Source: Phoronis australis (Eukaryota > Animalia > Phoronida). From it: 53,723 nt of DNA. Below, piece by piece: positions 12,621 through 25,635 of the stretch. The notes beneath the pieces are model-generated. The model saw nothing but the letters and a program-made list of their open reading frames with translations, was not told the origin of the DNA and did not search any database. Each line of letters opens with the position of its first letter. Within the stretch, counting starts at the first letter, position 1. The stretch is from positions 228,586 to 282,308 of the forward strand of contig NMRA01000553.1 in assembly GCA_002633005.1 (NCBI GenBank), read 5' to 3'. The position numbers and the translations under genes were made by a program.

Positions 12621-14865
12621 CTTATAGGCATGAATTGGAATAATCAATTTTATATCATCAAAATGCAAATGTACATGCATTGTTCATTACCATTAATAGA
12701 GCAAACCTATCGAACACTGATCGACTTGAAACAGACATGTCGAGGTTGTTTAGGACACAAAATGATGGACTCGTTAATCTGAATGCGTTAGTATGTTCAC
12801 GTTTTTACCACTGACACTACCAGACAATATCTCTAAAAAGCTATGGGACTTCACAAGTGTGTTAACAAACCTTGAAATTGAAACCCCATCAATTTTGGTT
12901 TTACTACGTTGATTCTTGTTATGTTTAACACTAAAGCTCGCCTTAAAAACATAATGAAAGTGATCTTCACTTTTAATTATCGCAATAGTCAATCAACCCT
13001 GGCGCTGCTGGATCAAATCCCTAAAACGCAACCGCACCCGATTACCAATTTCTACTCTGTTTAAGTCAAAAGGAATAATTGGTTCTGGTCTCTATTTTTT
13101 GAAAATCTGGTCGTTGTTGCTCATTTTACAAAAATAAAAATGCACCTGAGAGGACCAAAATGATGAGGTGTTTGTTTTTTTGTTTATTTTCCGCTTGGAA
13201 AGTCATGGGTTTTCAAACCTTGCTTACACTTACTTACATGTAAGTGCCTCAGTGCATCTTTTCAAAAGAGCACAAACCAGGGCCTGAAATCTAATGTCGG
13301 AGCTCGAGACTCGAGTGAAAAAATGACCAATGACTCAGCAAGCTTCAAGTAAACTTACATATTTGTACGAGTCATGCAACGTGACTGGTTAGTTTTGAGC
13401 TTGAATCCGATTGGAGTCTGAGTTCGGAGATTAGATCCGGGGTCCAGATATTAGTTGAAGTACAGTGTACGAGCGAGTGAAAGTCCTGCAGAAGGAATCG
13501 GGGTATAGACTCGGTACCGGCAACGCTTCTTTGGCCTTACCTGCCAGGCACAGAGTTTATAGTTTTATCATTAAGACATCTCTCCCACACCAGACACGGA
13601 CTGCCAACTCTGTATATTCGGAATCAGCAAAATCTGTGACCGTACGCCCGAGGCAAGACCAACACTATTGGCCGAGAAGCCAATATCACTAGCGGCGCCT
13701 GGTTTAAGTGAGAGTTTTACTTCCGGCAAATAAGTCGTCTGCCCGCTAACTGTAAAGTAGCGCCTCTTTGATGGAGCTTCACATGGAAATACCTAAGTTG
13801 TCAGTTTGTTGTCTATGGTCTCTGACTCAATCTAACAATAATCCCAAGAACGCTTGTTTCGTTTGGGAAACCGATAACGGTGATTAGCTACCTTTTCCAC
13901 CACACGTACTTCGCTTTTCTAAACATTGACAAATGTTTTTAATAAACATAATTTCTTCGCACGAAATTCTGTTTCATTTTCCATTCAGCTACAAAAGAGT
14001 ATCCGAGTTTATCTTTCAGGTTCTTTTATTAAGCGAGCTCGTCTGTCAGTGATAATACTTTTATTTTTATTTGTCATCATGGTGTTTGCGATTTGGAACG
14101 TCATCGACACTACTACTGGGAACCAAGGCACGGCGAATTATTACGGAAATAGAAAATGAACAGATCATTAGAAGTTTGTCCGAGAAATTTGGCACGTGGT
14201 TTTGAAAGTAGATCACATTGTCAACAGTTGAAAGTAGAAGTAGAAAATGTTAGCGAATATTTGACGAGTTTCAGGACAAACTGGAAAGGATAACAGTTGC
14301 ATCAACTTGCGACTTCGCTCCATGGTCCTGCGAGGGAGATGTCAAGGAGACTTGCCTGTTAACCGTATTGCCGGCTTGCTAGAGCCAGGTTGGTCACGTG
14401 GCCCTATCCTTGCGAACTGACTGGCTCAGATGGAAGATATTTGATAAGTGAACGAAAAAAGAGAAAGGTGCTTGGCGAAAGTTTTGAAGAAAATTAAAGA
14501 AGTGAAGAGCGGAACTTAACGAAGCCAAAATAATCTGTTAAATTATCATTAATTTGTTATTGGTGGTTGCTCGTAAGGATATTCAATACATTTGTTGTTA
14601 TCATACGCGCCGAAAAAATAACGATTTGAAAATGTTATGTTTCAGTAACTTACCTTATTAAAACTTTGAAGTTCGGAATATCATGTTTGGGGGGAGGGGC
14701 ACTTTTCAGGTAGACTATATATTCAAAACAGTTGGAGCAAATTTATGATGTAAATTCAATAGCAAGTGAAAAAATTCTGTTTTCTGTCGATCAAAACGCA
14801 CTAAAACTAACGACAGTGCTAATGTGGATTAAGAGAAATAACCTAATTTGCCATAGGAAATCTAC

Positions 14866-15126
14866 CTGGAGAGGGTGTTGCCGGTCGTGTGCCGGATGTT
14901 GATGGTCGTGTGCTGGGTGTTGCCTGTCGCATGCCGGATTCTGCCGTGCGTGTGCCGGATGTTACCGGTTGGTCGCCGGATGTTGGATGTCGTATACCGG
15001 ATTTTTCCGTACGTGTGTTGGATGTTATTGGTTGGTTTCCGGATGTTGGACGTCCTATGACGGTTGCTGAAGGCTTCAAGCTGGGTGATACAGGTGGCAT
15101 GCTGGTTGTTGCTGGTACGTGAACAA
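14866..15126 (-). CDS. Gene X2 mucin-like heptad-repeat exon (shorter array than X1)
   Basis: catag|TT GTT CAC...TCT CCA G|gtagat; 261 nt, phase 1-1, open. Confidence 0.7.
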
Positions 15127-15485
15127 CTATGGCAATGAAAAGTACCACACAAGTCTGATTAAAGCATGCGATGACGTGTAATGTTAATTATGTCGTATTA
15201 GGACGTGCCACCATAAATTTGACAATTAGATAGTCCAGAATTTCGAATGTGCGGAATCCTGTGGCGCGTTTCGTAGACACAGCGGTTTGTGTTTTCATTG
15301 CGCTGGCGGATATCCAGACTGATGTAAAATTCATTGCAGATAGACCACTGTGTTCTACACACAACATCCGGTATCTGGAATGGGAGTTTTACAGTACATT
15401 TACGCTTGGACAGTGTGTTACTTGAAACTTTGCTGGTCTTGAAAACACAGATAGTCCGATTGGCTGACGCAGCTTTGTTAACAGA

Positions 15486-15629
15486 CTGGGCGGCGCACCA
15501 TAGGGGGCTGGGGAGGGGGGTACAGGCCCCCACTTTTTCAAGTGCTGCCTAGCGCATGGTCTATGGGAGGGGCACAACAGCGAGGCCAGGGGCTATAGCC
15601 CCACTTTTTTCGGTGCTGCACCGCCCATG
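15486..15629. mobile_element. Short MITE (TGGGCGGCGCA...TGCACCGCCCA ends)
   Basis: Terminal inverted repeats; absent at the paralogous X1 site (4205 ctaacaaagcgatgc); a related fragment lies at ~46995-47027. Confidence 0.7.
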
Positions 15630-16356
15630 AACAAAGTGATGCATTTACCATTTGAGACTATAACTGGACTATACTGGCCTTTGAAAAAATATAGGAATGT
15701 TTACTCAGTGTAAGGGCATGTCTATTTTTATCTCCGGGTCCAAATTGCGTCATCTACTGCCATTAAACGTCTACAATAAACATTCGAATAGTTAAAACTC
15801 CCGACGATTTTGTGATTCCTGTCTCATTTTCATTCTACTACTGTCATTCTAATGTTTGATCGTTCTGCAGTGTTCGACTCTTATTTGTGTGATTTTTACT
15901 GATTATGTTATAGGCAAAGTAACGGGACGTCCTGACCTCGTATATAGTAGGGAAATATGAGAATCTGTTCCCTAAGCAAAGATTTCTCTCCAGAACTTCA
16001 TGTCTACTGTCTTGGGTGTTGGTGGTATTTTACGTCTTTTATTCATGAAATTTGCATGTAGTCTAGTTGCCAAACAGTTGACCCTGCAATGTTGTTTACT
16101 GTGAAGTTTTCTTTTGGAAATTTATTATATGTGGTTAGGAGAACAAAATTAACATGGTTGCACCTTGTGCAACTTTGAGCATTTTTTATAATTCAAAATG
16201 GCGGCACTAGCACGTTGAAATGCTTCAAAGATACCGCCAACACATTGAATCGCACGTAATATCGGTCAAAAGACCACAAGCGCAAGCGTGTACCCTGGGA
16301 AGTACTTTCATTCGTTTGATAAAAGCCGCTATTGGTCATTGGTTGAAATAACTTAC

Positions 16357-16504
16357 AGCAAACGTGAGTATCGTTTACAGTCATATCCGGTTTTAAACCT
16401 CCTGCAGCATGTGGACCGACAGGTTCATGATAGTAATTCAAGGGTAGCAGCATACATGTCAGAAAGCTTGGGAGGCAACATTCATTGCCGGAAGTAGACA
16501 CCAT
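16357..16504 (-). CDS. Gene X2 putative first coding exon (MVSTSGNECCLPSFLTC...THVC)
   Basis: Same structure as X1 4957-5104; 148 nt; gtaagt donor. Confidence 0.6.
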
Positions 16505-18371
16505 CCTGGAAATTCAGTTACTGGAAAAAACACACAACAGCGTCTTGTAAGGAAACTTGATCAATAAACTCTATGTCACTAAAATCCTAAATCCATCACT
16601 ATAGTTTAAACTTCTCTAACAATTTTTTATTGCCATTCAAGGTACGCCTTGAAATTATTCATGTAAAAATATATGGAAACAGCAACAACGTGAATAATCG
16701 GTATACCAACATTGAGTGTTGGCTACGACGTGAAATCTCATGGAAAAACACTTGACTGTCCTCTCACTACAGAGCTGAGTATTGGCTAGGTCGATCCCAG
16801 CTATTACTCAATCGACCTTTATTTTAAAACCGATGCTGTTTTGTATTGAAGTTACGCACATTGGCATTTTTCTAAGCTTCTATTATCTTAAATAACTAGT
16901 TGCTAAGATATCCTTACCGTCTTTTTGCTACATTAAAATCTCGTCTGTTTCATACGCATCTGATGTGGTCATTTACGAATCACGTTTGGACGCTCTCGTG
17001 GTTATTTTTTCTTTTTTTACTTCTGCTTACCAGTCAGATAGTTAAATATGTAAACGTATATTTGCAAGATCACCAATTTGAAACACTTTAGCTAGAATGT
17101 TTTGTGTTGAAAACGCTCTTTTCACACGGCAAGCCTTGTATTATTCGGTAAACCAACCCTTAAACAGGGTTGGAAGTCCATACAGTGGAAGCATAGAATT
17201 ACATGTACGTCATGCACATCACACTCACAACAAATGCTAACCTGCACACCTCGAAATTACACGATCGAGTGAACATATTTATCTACTGAACTAATGCGTC
17301 TAATATTACTGCTCGCAAATCAATCTCTTCAAAAGAACTTATTTACTCGAAAATTCAACTTTTTTACTTTTTGCTTGTCAGTCCGACATTGTTTGGCTAG
17401 TGGTACGGTGGTGAACTAAAGCATTCACTGCGCTCATTGGTTGGCATTCGGGTCGATCACCTCGCNCTTATAAAGGAAATGCTTGTGATAGCTTTGCATG
17501 ATAAGTTGTCATGACCAGGGCTATTTTTTGTCCATGACCCTTATAATAATATTTATTATTTATGTATTAGAGGGAGGATAGTCTTTGAAATTTTTGTGGT
17601 TTGTTATAGTTATTGATTCAGAAACGGATGGGCTGATTTGGGTAAAGTTGGTATTGAATAAACTTAACATTTCTGGTAGATCACAGGTTTTAGTGCTATC
17701 TGAACTTAAGACACATTCTGGTGTACAATTTACTGATGATGTTATAAGCAAAGTAACGAAACTCCCGGACATTGTAAATGGTATGATAAATATGACATCG
17801 TTCACTAAAGCGCTTGTTATTTGTTTCCTTAAGAATCTGGTCCGTATCAGCGAAGATTTCAAGGTCATGTGAGAATCGGGATTACGCCACAGCCAACAAT
17901 GGGATGTACATGTATGACGTGGTATTTATAAATGCGTCGATAATTCACGTTCACTTTCTCCGACGAAAGTTTCGATGCACGGTGATCAGGCGGCCATTTT
18001 TAGATCTTGGCTAGTACTAATCTGGGTCAAAATAAATGGGTCAATTGCCTAGCACTTAGCGTCGCCAACAAAATGAGGATTAATTTAATTTCAATCAAAC
18101 AAAACGTTTCCTTACCGTTGCATACAGCACATGTACATCTACACTAAAAACTCAGAGATTTACGGGAAATTGCAACCTGTGTTTTTTACCAATACAACCG
18201 ACAATTCGCTGCATTCCTCGACTCTGGTTCCTCAAAGGTAGCGTAAAATCTGGTTTTTGGTAGGCACTCGTTACCTCAAGTTCTGAAAGTCAGCACATTT
18301 CCCCCGCTTATTTTCTCGTGCTGTGATCAACACGGGGGAATGTTTTTACTTGCACCCCTATTCCAGAAGTT

Positions 18372-18404
18372 AAGACAAGACAAGACAAGACAAGAAAAGA
18401 CAAG
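18372..18404. repeat. (AAGAC)n pentanucleotide microsatellite
   Basis: Visible tandem repeat, not expanded at the paralogous site near 47348. Confidence 0.9.
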
Positions 18405-19841
18405 GCAGTAGACTCAGAAAATTTAAAAACTCATCGAAGCTGAAACACACGCACGCACAACTGTAAAGTTAATGCTTCAAGTTAAATTTTCCCGAATGGA
18501 TTGTTTCTCTAAGTTACCTACGAACATTAAATATTATTACATGGTTCGTTGTTTTAACTTGAATATTTCACAAACTTAAAATTCTTATGAAATGAACATG
18601 AAATAAAACTCAAATAAACACCACAGATTATCGTATCCTTATCGGGCGCGGGTAGTCGTCGCATGTGCATCATGTCACACAACAATAAGCCAAAACACGT
18701 GGGCAAGATGTCGCTGCGATACAAATGAGTTCATTATTGTAAATGGGACTGGTAGGTTATCCCACACTTAATATAGGAATACTACCACGATATCCTATCT
18801 CGAATTCATTTCATGCTGAGTCATGCGCAGAATTCAATGTATATGGCAGTAGTATTCCTATGTATGCTCGATGACCTACTTGTATGTTGGATGACCCGGC
18901 CTACATGTATACCAGCCAGGTAGCTGTATATAACTGTACTCGCAAGATCACGAACTTGAAACGCTTGGGCTAAAACGAGTTATATTTAAAATGCAATCTT
19001 TTCACACGGTAAGCTTTATACCGGCAAAATGTTATGACAGAACTGAAGGGCAAATACCGATTGCAGTTCGAAATCTAATGAGCGGTGTACATGTACATGT
19101 ATATTTGTGTGATGCAACATCAAGCGGGTCGTGCTCGTGAGCCCTATTTCTTCTCCAGTCGAAAACCCTGTTCGTGTTAGTAAAATTTTTGCAAGAAACT
19201 TACTAAAATCAATTTGGGAGCATTTTTACGACTATTAAAGTTTTCGTTGGCTTTTACATTGATAACTTTTTGGAAGTGTAAAGCAGACGTCAGTCGAATG
19301 TGTCAATTCAGTGTTAATGTTGGGCGTTTGATCGGTTGCTGGTATTTTACTACTGCAATAACAACTCCTCTAGTTAGGATATTTTTACTAAAAAAATGCA
19401 AACATATTTACAGTGCAATTAAAAATTAGCATACTGACACTTGCCTTGGTAATAAGTCTATTTAGAAATAATCAATTATCGGGTTCATGCAATAAGTTCA
19501 CATCAAACTCTGACTAAGTTTCGACAAAATGGCGCTTTGTTGCCACAGACGTTTGAATAAAGTGCCAAATATGTCTGGCATAAAGCTCGTCGGCATACGT
19601 GTACACATTTTCCAGAACTGTCGACCTTGTTCAAAGCAAGCACAATTTTTTATTGTCATGACCTCCCGTGAACTTTTTCAGGCACTAGAGTACAATGAAA
19701 ATACTATTACAAGAGTCTAAAAAGACAACATACATGTAGTCCCTGTGTGAACAAATGTTGTATCTCCATGCTGCAAACGATGTTTCAATAACCGATTTCG
19801 TTTCGTGCGATCAGTCCATCAATACCTCAAGCTCGTCTATG

Positions 19842-20344
19842 TCATTTTGTGTCTCCAGAATATTTGCTTACCGCGGTGGTTTCATCAAGAACTGTAGCAG
19901 AAGTATCTACGGTTTGATGGCTCTCGCTCGCAGATTCTCTGGTGCGCGCAGCACTTACGGAGGCCGCTGGCTCTTTTGAGTCTTGCCCAGCGCTTCCAAT
20001 CTTTACTAGCGATTGAGAGATTTCCAACTTCTTCTGTTTTTCGAGAACCTGCATGCTTGTCTTCGCTTTCTAAATTAGTTCCTCGTCAACTTGTATAACC
20101 GAGGAATGCTGTGACACGAAGATCTCGTATTGTTCAAGTACCACGGCAATGCTCCGGTTAGACTGTGCAACAGCTTCTCCAAGTTTTCGACGTAAGGATT
20201 CGTGACCACTTGTGATCCCATCATCACGAGCCTTCGCCTTTTCCCGTCGCGATCGTAGACGTAAGTACTTAAGTAGGATCAACCCGCCACTCGCGACGGC
20301 AATTAAAGCCAATGACACCGCTAATGGTACTATCCAGGCGACGT
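19842..20344 (-). pseudogene. TM + cytoplasmic-tail exon paralogous to 10021-10451, with an in-frame TAG at 20070-20072 (truncated or pseudogenised)
   Basis: tttcag|AC GTC GCC TGG (DVAWIVPLAVSLALIAVASGGLILLKY). VDEELI*KAK aligns to VDDNLIQNAK, and the frame stays open to 19842. Confidence 0.65.
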
Positions 20345-21928
20345 CTGAAACTAAAATTAAAAACGAGACACATTCAAAACAAAGAAATTGTGTCATCAAC
20401 ATGTGAACAGCTCAAATCAATTCTATAACAAGCTTTATACTCCCACGCTTCGTTCACACACAACCAAAACCTGAAGCAAGGACGGTGAACTCTGTTTTCA
20501 CGACTTGAAACAATCAACAACGCAATACATGTATGGGTGTATGATATGAGTGATAAAAACAGGATTAGAAAAAGAAACGTTCTGTGTCATAGAATTGATA
20601 TCACGGTTGTTGATGGGCGATCTGTCTCTAAAGTTGTCGTGAAAATTAACTAAACGTAGGTCACACTGTCAGTGTTTAGAAGACTTTGTGAAAAGTTATT
20701 TTTAAGTTGATCCAAATCTTTGTGGCTTGACGAGTATTACCTAGAATTACTTCATTTTAGATAATTGCATGGTTTGGAAAGTCATCCTTGATAACTGTTT
20801 ATAGGCCAAAAATTGTTTCGTGTCCTTTTAAGGAATCTCTTGTATTGGCACAAGTAGACCTGTTGGTGTAAACCTGGAGTTGCTACTTGGTCTTTGAATA
20901 GCCAGCCACCACAGCTGTTGGTTTCTTTTGCCAGTGCTATCAGTAGATTATGCTCTACGCGTACTGAAGGGCATTTGTGGCACTGTGGTGTGTAAAAGCT
21001 GAATTCACCTTTAAATTACCTCTCTATAGTCTCGGAATTACAAAACATTGTAAATTACGACAAGATAAAAAAGAAATGCATAGCAAGTGCTGCTCCTTTG
21101 TTGACTAGTCCAAGTCTCCCTCATCACGCTTCCTTCGCCATAATAAAAGGCTGATGAAGCTGAGCGCTTATCTGACTGGTGTTAATCACAAAATGTATGC
21201 AGTCAGTTTTGATTAAGGAACGCCTAATGAACCCCAGTTGTTACGAATACGCATCAGTGAATAAACTCGCATCAGTTTTGCGCTATTTGTTCTGAATTGG
21301 TCATTGGTGATGACGCACGCTCACTGGGGTAACAGGTCCGTTGTGGATTGAACTCTCCTATGGAAAATAGTGGAAAAATGTATTTGCCAAACTGATCTAT
21401 ATTTCAAAATATGATCAGGCACTCTTGAGTCATTACCAAGGGATGAGTGATGTATCGCACTGTTATTTACACGTTTTGCTAACGCCTTTGTGTCAGAGTT
21501 GCACACACGCAAGTTTGCCTGCATTACAATGCTGAATTATAGAATAAACAGGCAGTGAGATAGGGGACATGAAGAAGCAGTGCAAAAGTTTAATATGTGC
21601 GTTGCATTGTGGGTAAGTACCTCAGAATGAGAGTGGTGCCGTGCTATTTCAGGAGGAGCCTACTAACATTGATCCTGATGTAAACGCAAACATAAGTGAC
21701 GGAGAAGTCGGGACAAGTATTCTCGTAGTACTTGTCGGAGAAGGTTGTAGATGTCAGTGTTCACCGTCCTCTGTTCGCACTTGGAGTTTTTCTGAAGGTG
21801 CTGTCGCATTACCACCATCAACAGCTGATATCATTTCACACTGTTATAACTAATAAATTCTCGTCGTCCCATAACCGCCAAGTATGTCAACATTGTTACC
21901 ATTGTCCCAGCGTCGCTGCAGTTATTAC

Positions 21929-22120
21929 CTTCAGACTTTTCGGTTTTTCGCTCGGCCGTCTCGTCGTTGTATAACAGCGAGCTTACAGTTGCTAGCACAT
22001 CGCGCCCATTGTGAATCACCAGTTGACCGGTAGTGATCAAGCGGTCCAATTCTGAGTACACGTTTTCGTTCTCCTCGGCTGATACATATCCCGGCTGTTT
22101 CAACTGAAGCGTCACTATAT
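21929..22120 (-). CDS. Putative exon, C-terminal half of an SEA-like juxtamembrane module (IVTLQLKQPGYVSAEENENVYSELDRLITTGQLVIHNG...)
   Basis: gttag|...GAA G|gtaata; 192 nt, phase 1-1; strand-helix-strand pattern. Confidence 0.5.
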
Positions 22121-22384
22121 CTAACCGGAAATGAGATGGAAAGACACAAAGTCAACAAATAAGCGCAAACCAAACAATTCCGACCCAACCATAGTGTGTA
22201 TGATTAATTTAAGGTACTCGTATGACGTTTGTGTGGACCATGGTATCCGATCCTAGAGTCATATGTTATGGAGTTAACGATAATGAACTCCTTAGATTTA
22301 AACACTATTAATTCGACCTCAAACTGGCTACTACATGTATATACTGGGGCATTCTTCTCAAGTACTCAACCGTTATCACTGTCG

Positions 22385-22870
22385 TACGCCAGGGTTCCAT
22401 TCTGGGCCCTCCATTATTCGCTGTTTTTGTTAACGACCTCCCTACCTTCCTCCACAACAGTGTGCCAGGTTTATTCGCTGATGACACCGCCATGGCCACA
22501 ACGGGAACAGTAAAAGAACTTGAAACTTCTCTTAGTGATGAGCTAGCCCTTATCCATGACTGGCAGGTTCTAAGTAAACTCTTTGCTAACGTTAGTGACA
22601 CCAAGGCTGTTGGGACTTCACCAGAAGTTAAAACAACAGAAATTATCTCTTTCTATCAACTGTTCCACTATCGAGTATATCAATAAGTTTAAGTACTTGG
22701 TCCTTATATTAGATCCCAACCGTAAATTTAATGTGCACTAAGATCACATCACAAAGAAGTTGTCACAGAAAATTCACTTCATAAACTTCTAGGTAAATAT
22801 CGTAATGTCAGCACTCTTAAAACACTTTAGCATTCTATGATATGGCCCCATATTGATTATTGTTTAACGC
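22385..22870 (+). mobile_element. Degenerate CR1/L2-like LINE reverse transcriptase fragment
   Basis: QGSILGPPLFAVFVNDLP...LFADDT...FKYL..ILD...PHIDYC motifs with stops and frameshifts. Confidence 0.85.
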
Positions 22871-23071
22871 TTTGCTTGTCAGCCTGAAAGAAATGCTTTG
22901 TCACACGGTGACGCTAGGCGCATTCCATAAAAAGGCACTATTAGCTGTCAACAGTGCTTGACTTATGTTTGTGGCGTTTTAATAGCCAATAGGAAAAGCA
23001 CATTATTTGAATTACACGTAAATTACACATTCCGTTTAGGCATGGCAATGTAAAACATAACATGCAATTAC

Positions 23072-23212
23072 CTGACTCTATGACCACGTCGGTGACCCTG
23101 TCTTCACTGATACCAAGAGCCTCAGCTACAGATTTCACTATAATCGCAGCTGACAGTATTTCGCGCCTATTCGGGTTTGTATGTATTCGAAAGGACACCT
23201 TTACTTCAACAT
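23072..23212 (-). CDS. Putative exon, N-terminal half of an SEA-like module (DVEVKVSFRI...SVAEALGISEDRVTDVVIES)
   Basis: caccag|AT GTT...TCA G|gtaatt; 141 nt, phase 1-1. The A..LGIS.DRV..V pattern is typical of SEA-like modules (recognised by eye). Confidence 0.55.
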
Positions 23213-23254
23213 CTGGTGAATAAACATATTACGCTAGATAATATGACGGACAGC

Positions 23255-24260
23255 CAGCAGCACGTCACAATTGCCGTTATCATCATTGTCTCAATCAATG
23301 TCATGCTCATCACCACAGTCATCATCGAGACCACAGTTGAGCTCCACACTGTCATATTTATTCTCATAGTCACCGTCATCATAATTCTCACCATATGTCC
23401 TCGTTAATCTCATCATCACATCCAGTGCACATTGTAATTACCATCGTCATTGTCAATATCACACTCCTCGGTCCTGTTTCATGAAAACTGGTTTAAGATT
23501 TAAGACAAAAAATTTGTCCAATTTAAGCCCGAAATTCTACCAAAGTTCAGACAAAAGACAAACATTCAACAAAGACCTTTCATGTACACAGAGTTGGATT
23601 TTGTTCATCGGTCTTAGACAGAAATTGAGTTGGTTTTTGACATACAAGCTACGCTTTCGCCACATGTTTCGAATCCACAAAACCATTTGAGGCGGTGTGG
23701 GAAATACGATTCAAAGAATATTTTAAATTGGTCTTGGTACCCCAAAGGGGGATTTATATACATCTTAGATGCATTTGGGATCTCTTTTGCTTGAGAACAC
23801 TCAGGTGTGGCTGAAAATATCATTTCAGATGTGTCGGTAGGCCTAAGTTAAACTGCAATGTCTTTACGGCCTTTGTAGGTTCTCAAATCGGAAGATCTTC
23901 AATTTGACATTGTTTAGGGACAACTGTGAAAAATAAGAACAAAATTTGTTCTTCAACAGTGTACAGTGCTCACAGACCTAAATGTTGTCAGTTAGACCTC
24001 AGATAGATGAGGTTAGACCAAAAGTCCAATCAAAGCTTACTCAGCCGTAGCAGGTTAACTTCATGTCTTTGCTTAGACCGAGTTCGGTCTTAATTTTGGG
24101 CTTAAGAAATTTCATGAACAGGACTAAGGCAATTTAATGATAGGTAGGTCTAAGTTAAGACACAAATGTTTCATGAAATGGGCCCCTCGTCCTCTTCAAC
24201 ATCATCCTTTTCAACACCCTCTTCGTCAGCACCACGTCGTCGTTAATACACCACCATCGC
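23255..24260. repeat. Degenerate (CAT/CAC/CGT)-type trinucleotide low-complexity tract split by a MITE
   Basis: catcat/caccac/cgtcat runs at 23255-23469 that resume at 24186. Confidence 0.6.
23470..24185. mobile_element. PIF/Harbinger-type MITE, 3-bp TSD (CTC)
   Basis: ctc|GGTCCTGTTTCATGAAA ... TTTCATGAAATGGGCCC|ctc. Confidence 0.8.
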
Positions 24261-25051
24261 TCACATTTCTACAGCGTCCTTATCATGATTCTCACCTGGC
24301 GAATGTAACCTGCCATCCATAATCCACCAGCTTTTTATTAGAAGGCAGGTGAAAATATGGTCAGAAGGCACATTAGCCACTTGAAGGGATGGCTCACAAA
24401 ATTTCCATATTATATATGTACGTCTTATCAACGATTAGCATATTAGCAAATTGGTAATACTCCAGTCAATCACAAACGATCGTCATAGGTGAACAGAAAC
24501 AGCTTTGGAAAACTAGCCCTGTCATGGTAGGAAGGCAAATCTTTCAGTTGATTTTGGGCACACAAAAAGACTGCAGATGAGGCTTTTGCCGAGCGCTCAC
24601 ATGTGATCTTTTAAACGTCGGATTAAAATTCTTGTCTGCATTTTGATTAGATGTCCCGTGAATCCTGTATAAACACTGAATTTTTGGTCTTTTCATTGCA
24701 CATTTTGCACTGATGGTATGAGTTGCTTTTGCTTCTAAAAACATATACATGCATGTTCCGTATATTTCTATCAAAGTTTTATCGACTCTACGTTCGTTTA
24801 TGTTTTAAGAGAATGTCTGAATTTTTAGAAAACATAGAGGATGCAATTAACTTCAGTAACCTTAATTGCCATATAAATATAATCCACACGCACACGCACG
24901 GACGCACACACAGACTCGCATTCATGCCCCGGAGTCTAGAACATATTTCGGGTTTGAGACATGTAGGTCTTCAAATCAGTGACCATGAAGCTGCTGTCAC
25001 GACCAATCTAGTGATGGGGTACTTGTTCGTTTGTGAACAGAAAGTTGCCCA

Positions 25052-25215
25052 CTAAACGCTCTGAATTCCCTCATCACCTCCACCGCCGCCGCCGTCACCG
25101 TCGAAATTACATGTGTTACAACTTCCGTTACAATTTTCGTACATCCAGCTGGAGCAGCGATCACACCAGCCATCACTTGCCCACAGAGGGCACTGACGAT
25201 GGGAATCCTCGCACT
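25052..25215 (-). CDS. Cassette A exon 6: ShK (ShKT) domain plus Gly/Asp tail; ends at TAG 25052 or splices out at a phase-1 donor after 25078
   Basis: cacag|AG TGC GAG GAT; CEDSHRQCPLWASDGWCDRCSSWMYENCNGSCNTC fits the ShK pattern C-x6-C-x8-C-xn-C-x3-C-x2-C. Confidence 0.85.
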
Positions 25216-25560
25216 CTGTGAATGCACAAAAACAGACGAAAGAGATTTAATACTACCGGAAGAGAGTACCAGGATGGGTATGCCTTCCTAATACTACCTA
25301 TGTGACCAATCTGGAACTGCAAACTTGCAAGACCTGCATAACCGAAAATTCACACAGTTGATGTCTAACAGTTAAGATATCCTGAAAAGCAATTGAATTG
25401 GCACGCCGATCAGATCGATTTTCATTACCCATCGGAAAAAGAAATAGATTTCAGATTTTCATGTTGTGTTGGCTATTTTCGTAAAGGATTTTCCTCAAAG
25501 ACATGGATAAACAGCTATGTATAAAGACAGATAAGGAAAACGTTGGTTGCCAAAACCTAC

Positions 25561-25635
25561 TTTTGCCACCAGCACCGCCTCTACTACCAGCACCACCACT
25601 ACCGTCACAATTCATTACCTGTGCTTGTTCTGTCT
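25561..25635 (-). CDS. Cassette A exon 5: Gly-rich linker
   Basis: ttgcag|...AAA A|gtaggt; 75 nt, phase 1-1; homologous to 32823-32915. Confidence 0.8.

Larger units (their letters stand above)
12510..19260. repeat. Segmental duplication unit X2 (12510-17270 ~ X1; 18080-19260 ~ 47040-48245 upstream of X3)
   Basis: Shared blocks such as gttgcatacagcacatgtaca (18117/47077) and ttactaaaatcaatttgggagcatt (19200/48189). Boundaries approximate. Confidence 0.9.

Noticed and set aside
17393-17465. Weak tRNA-like A/B boxes
   Set aside because: B box is degenerate and no cloverleaf forms.
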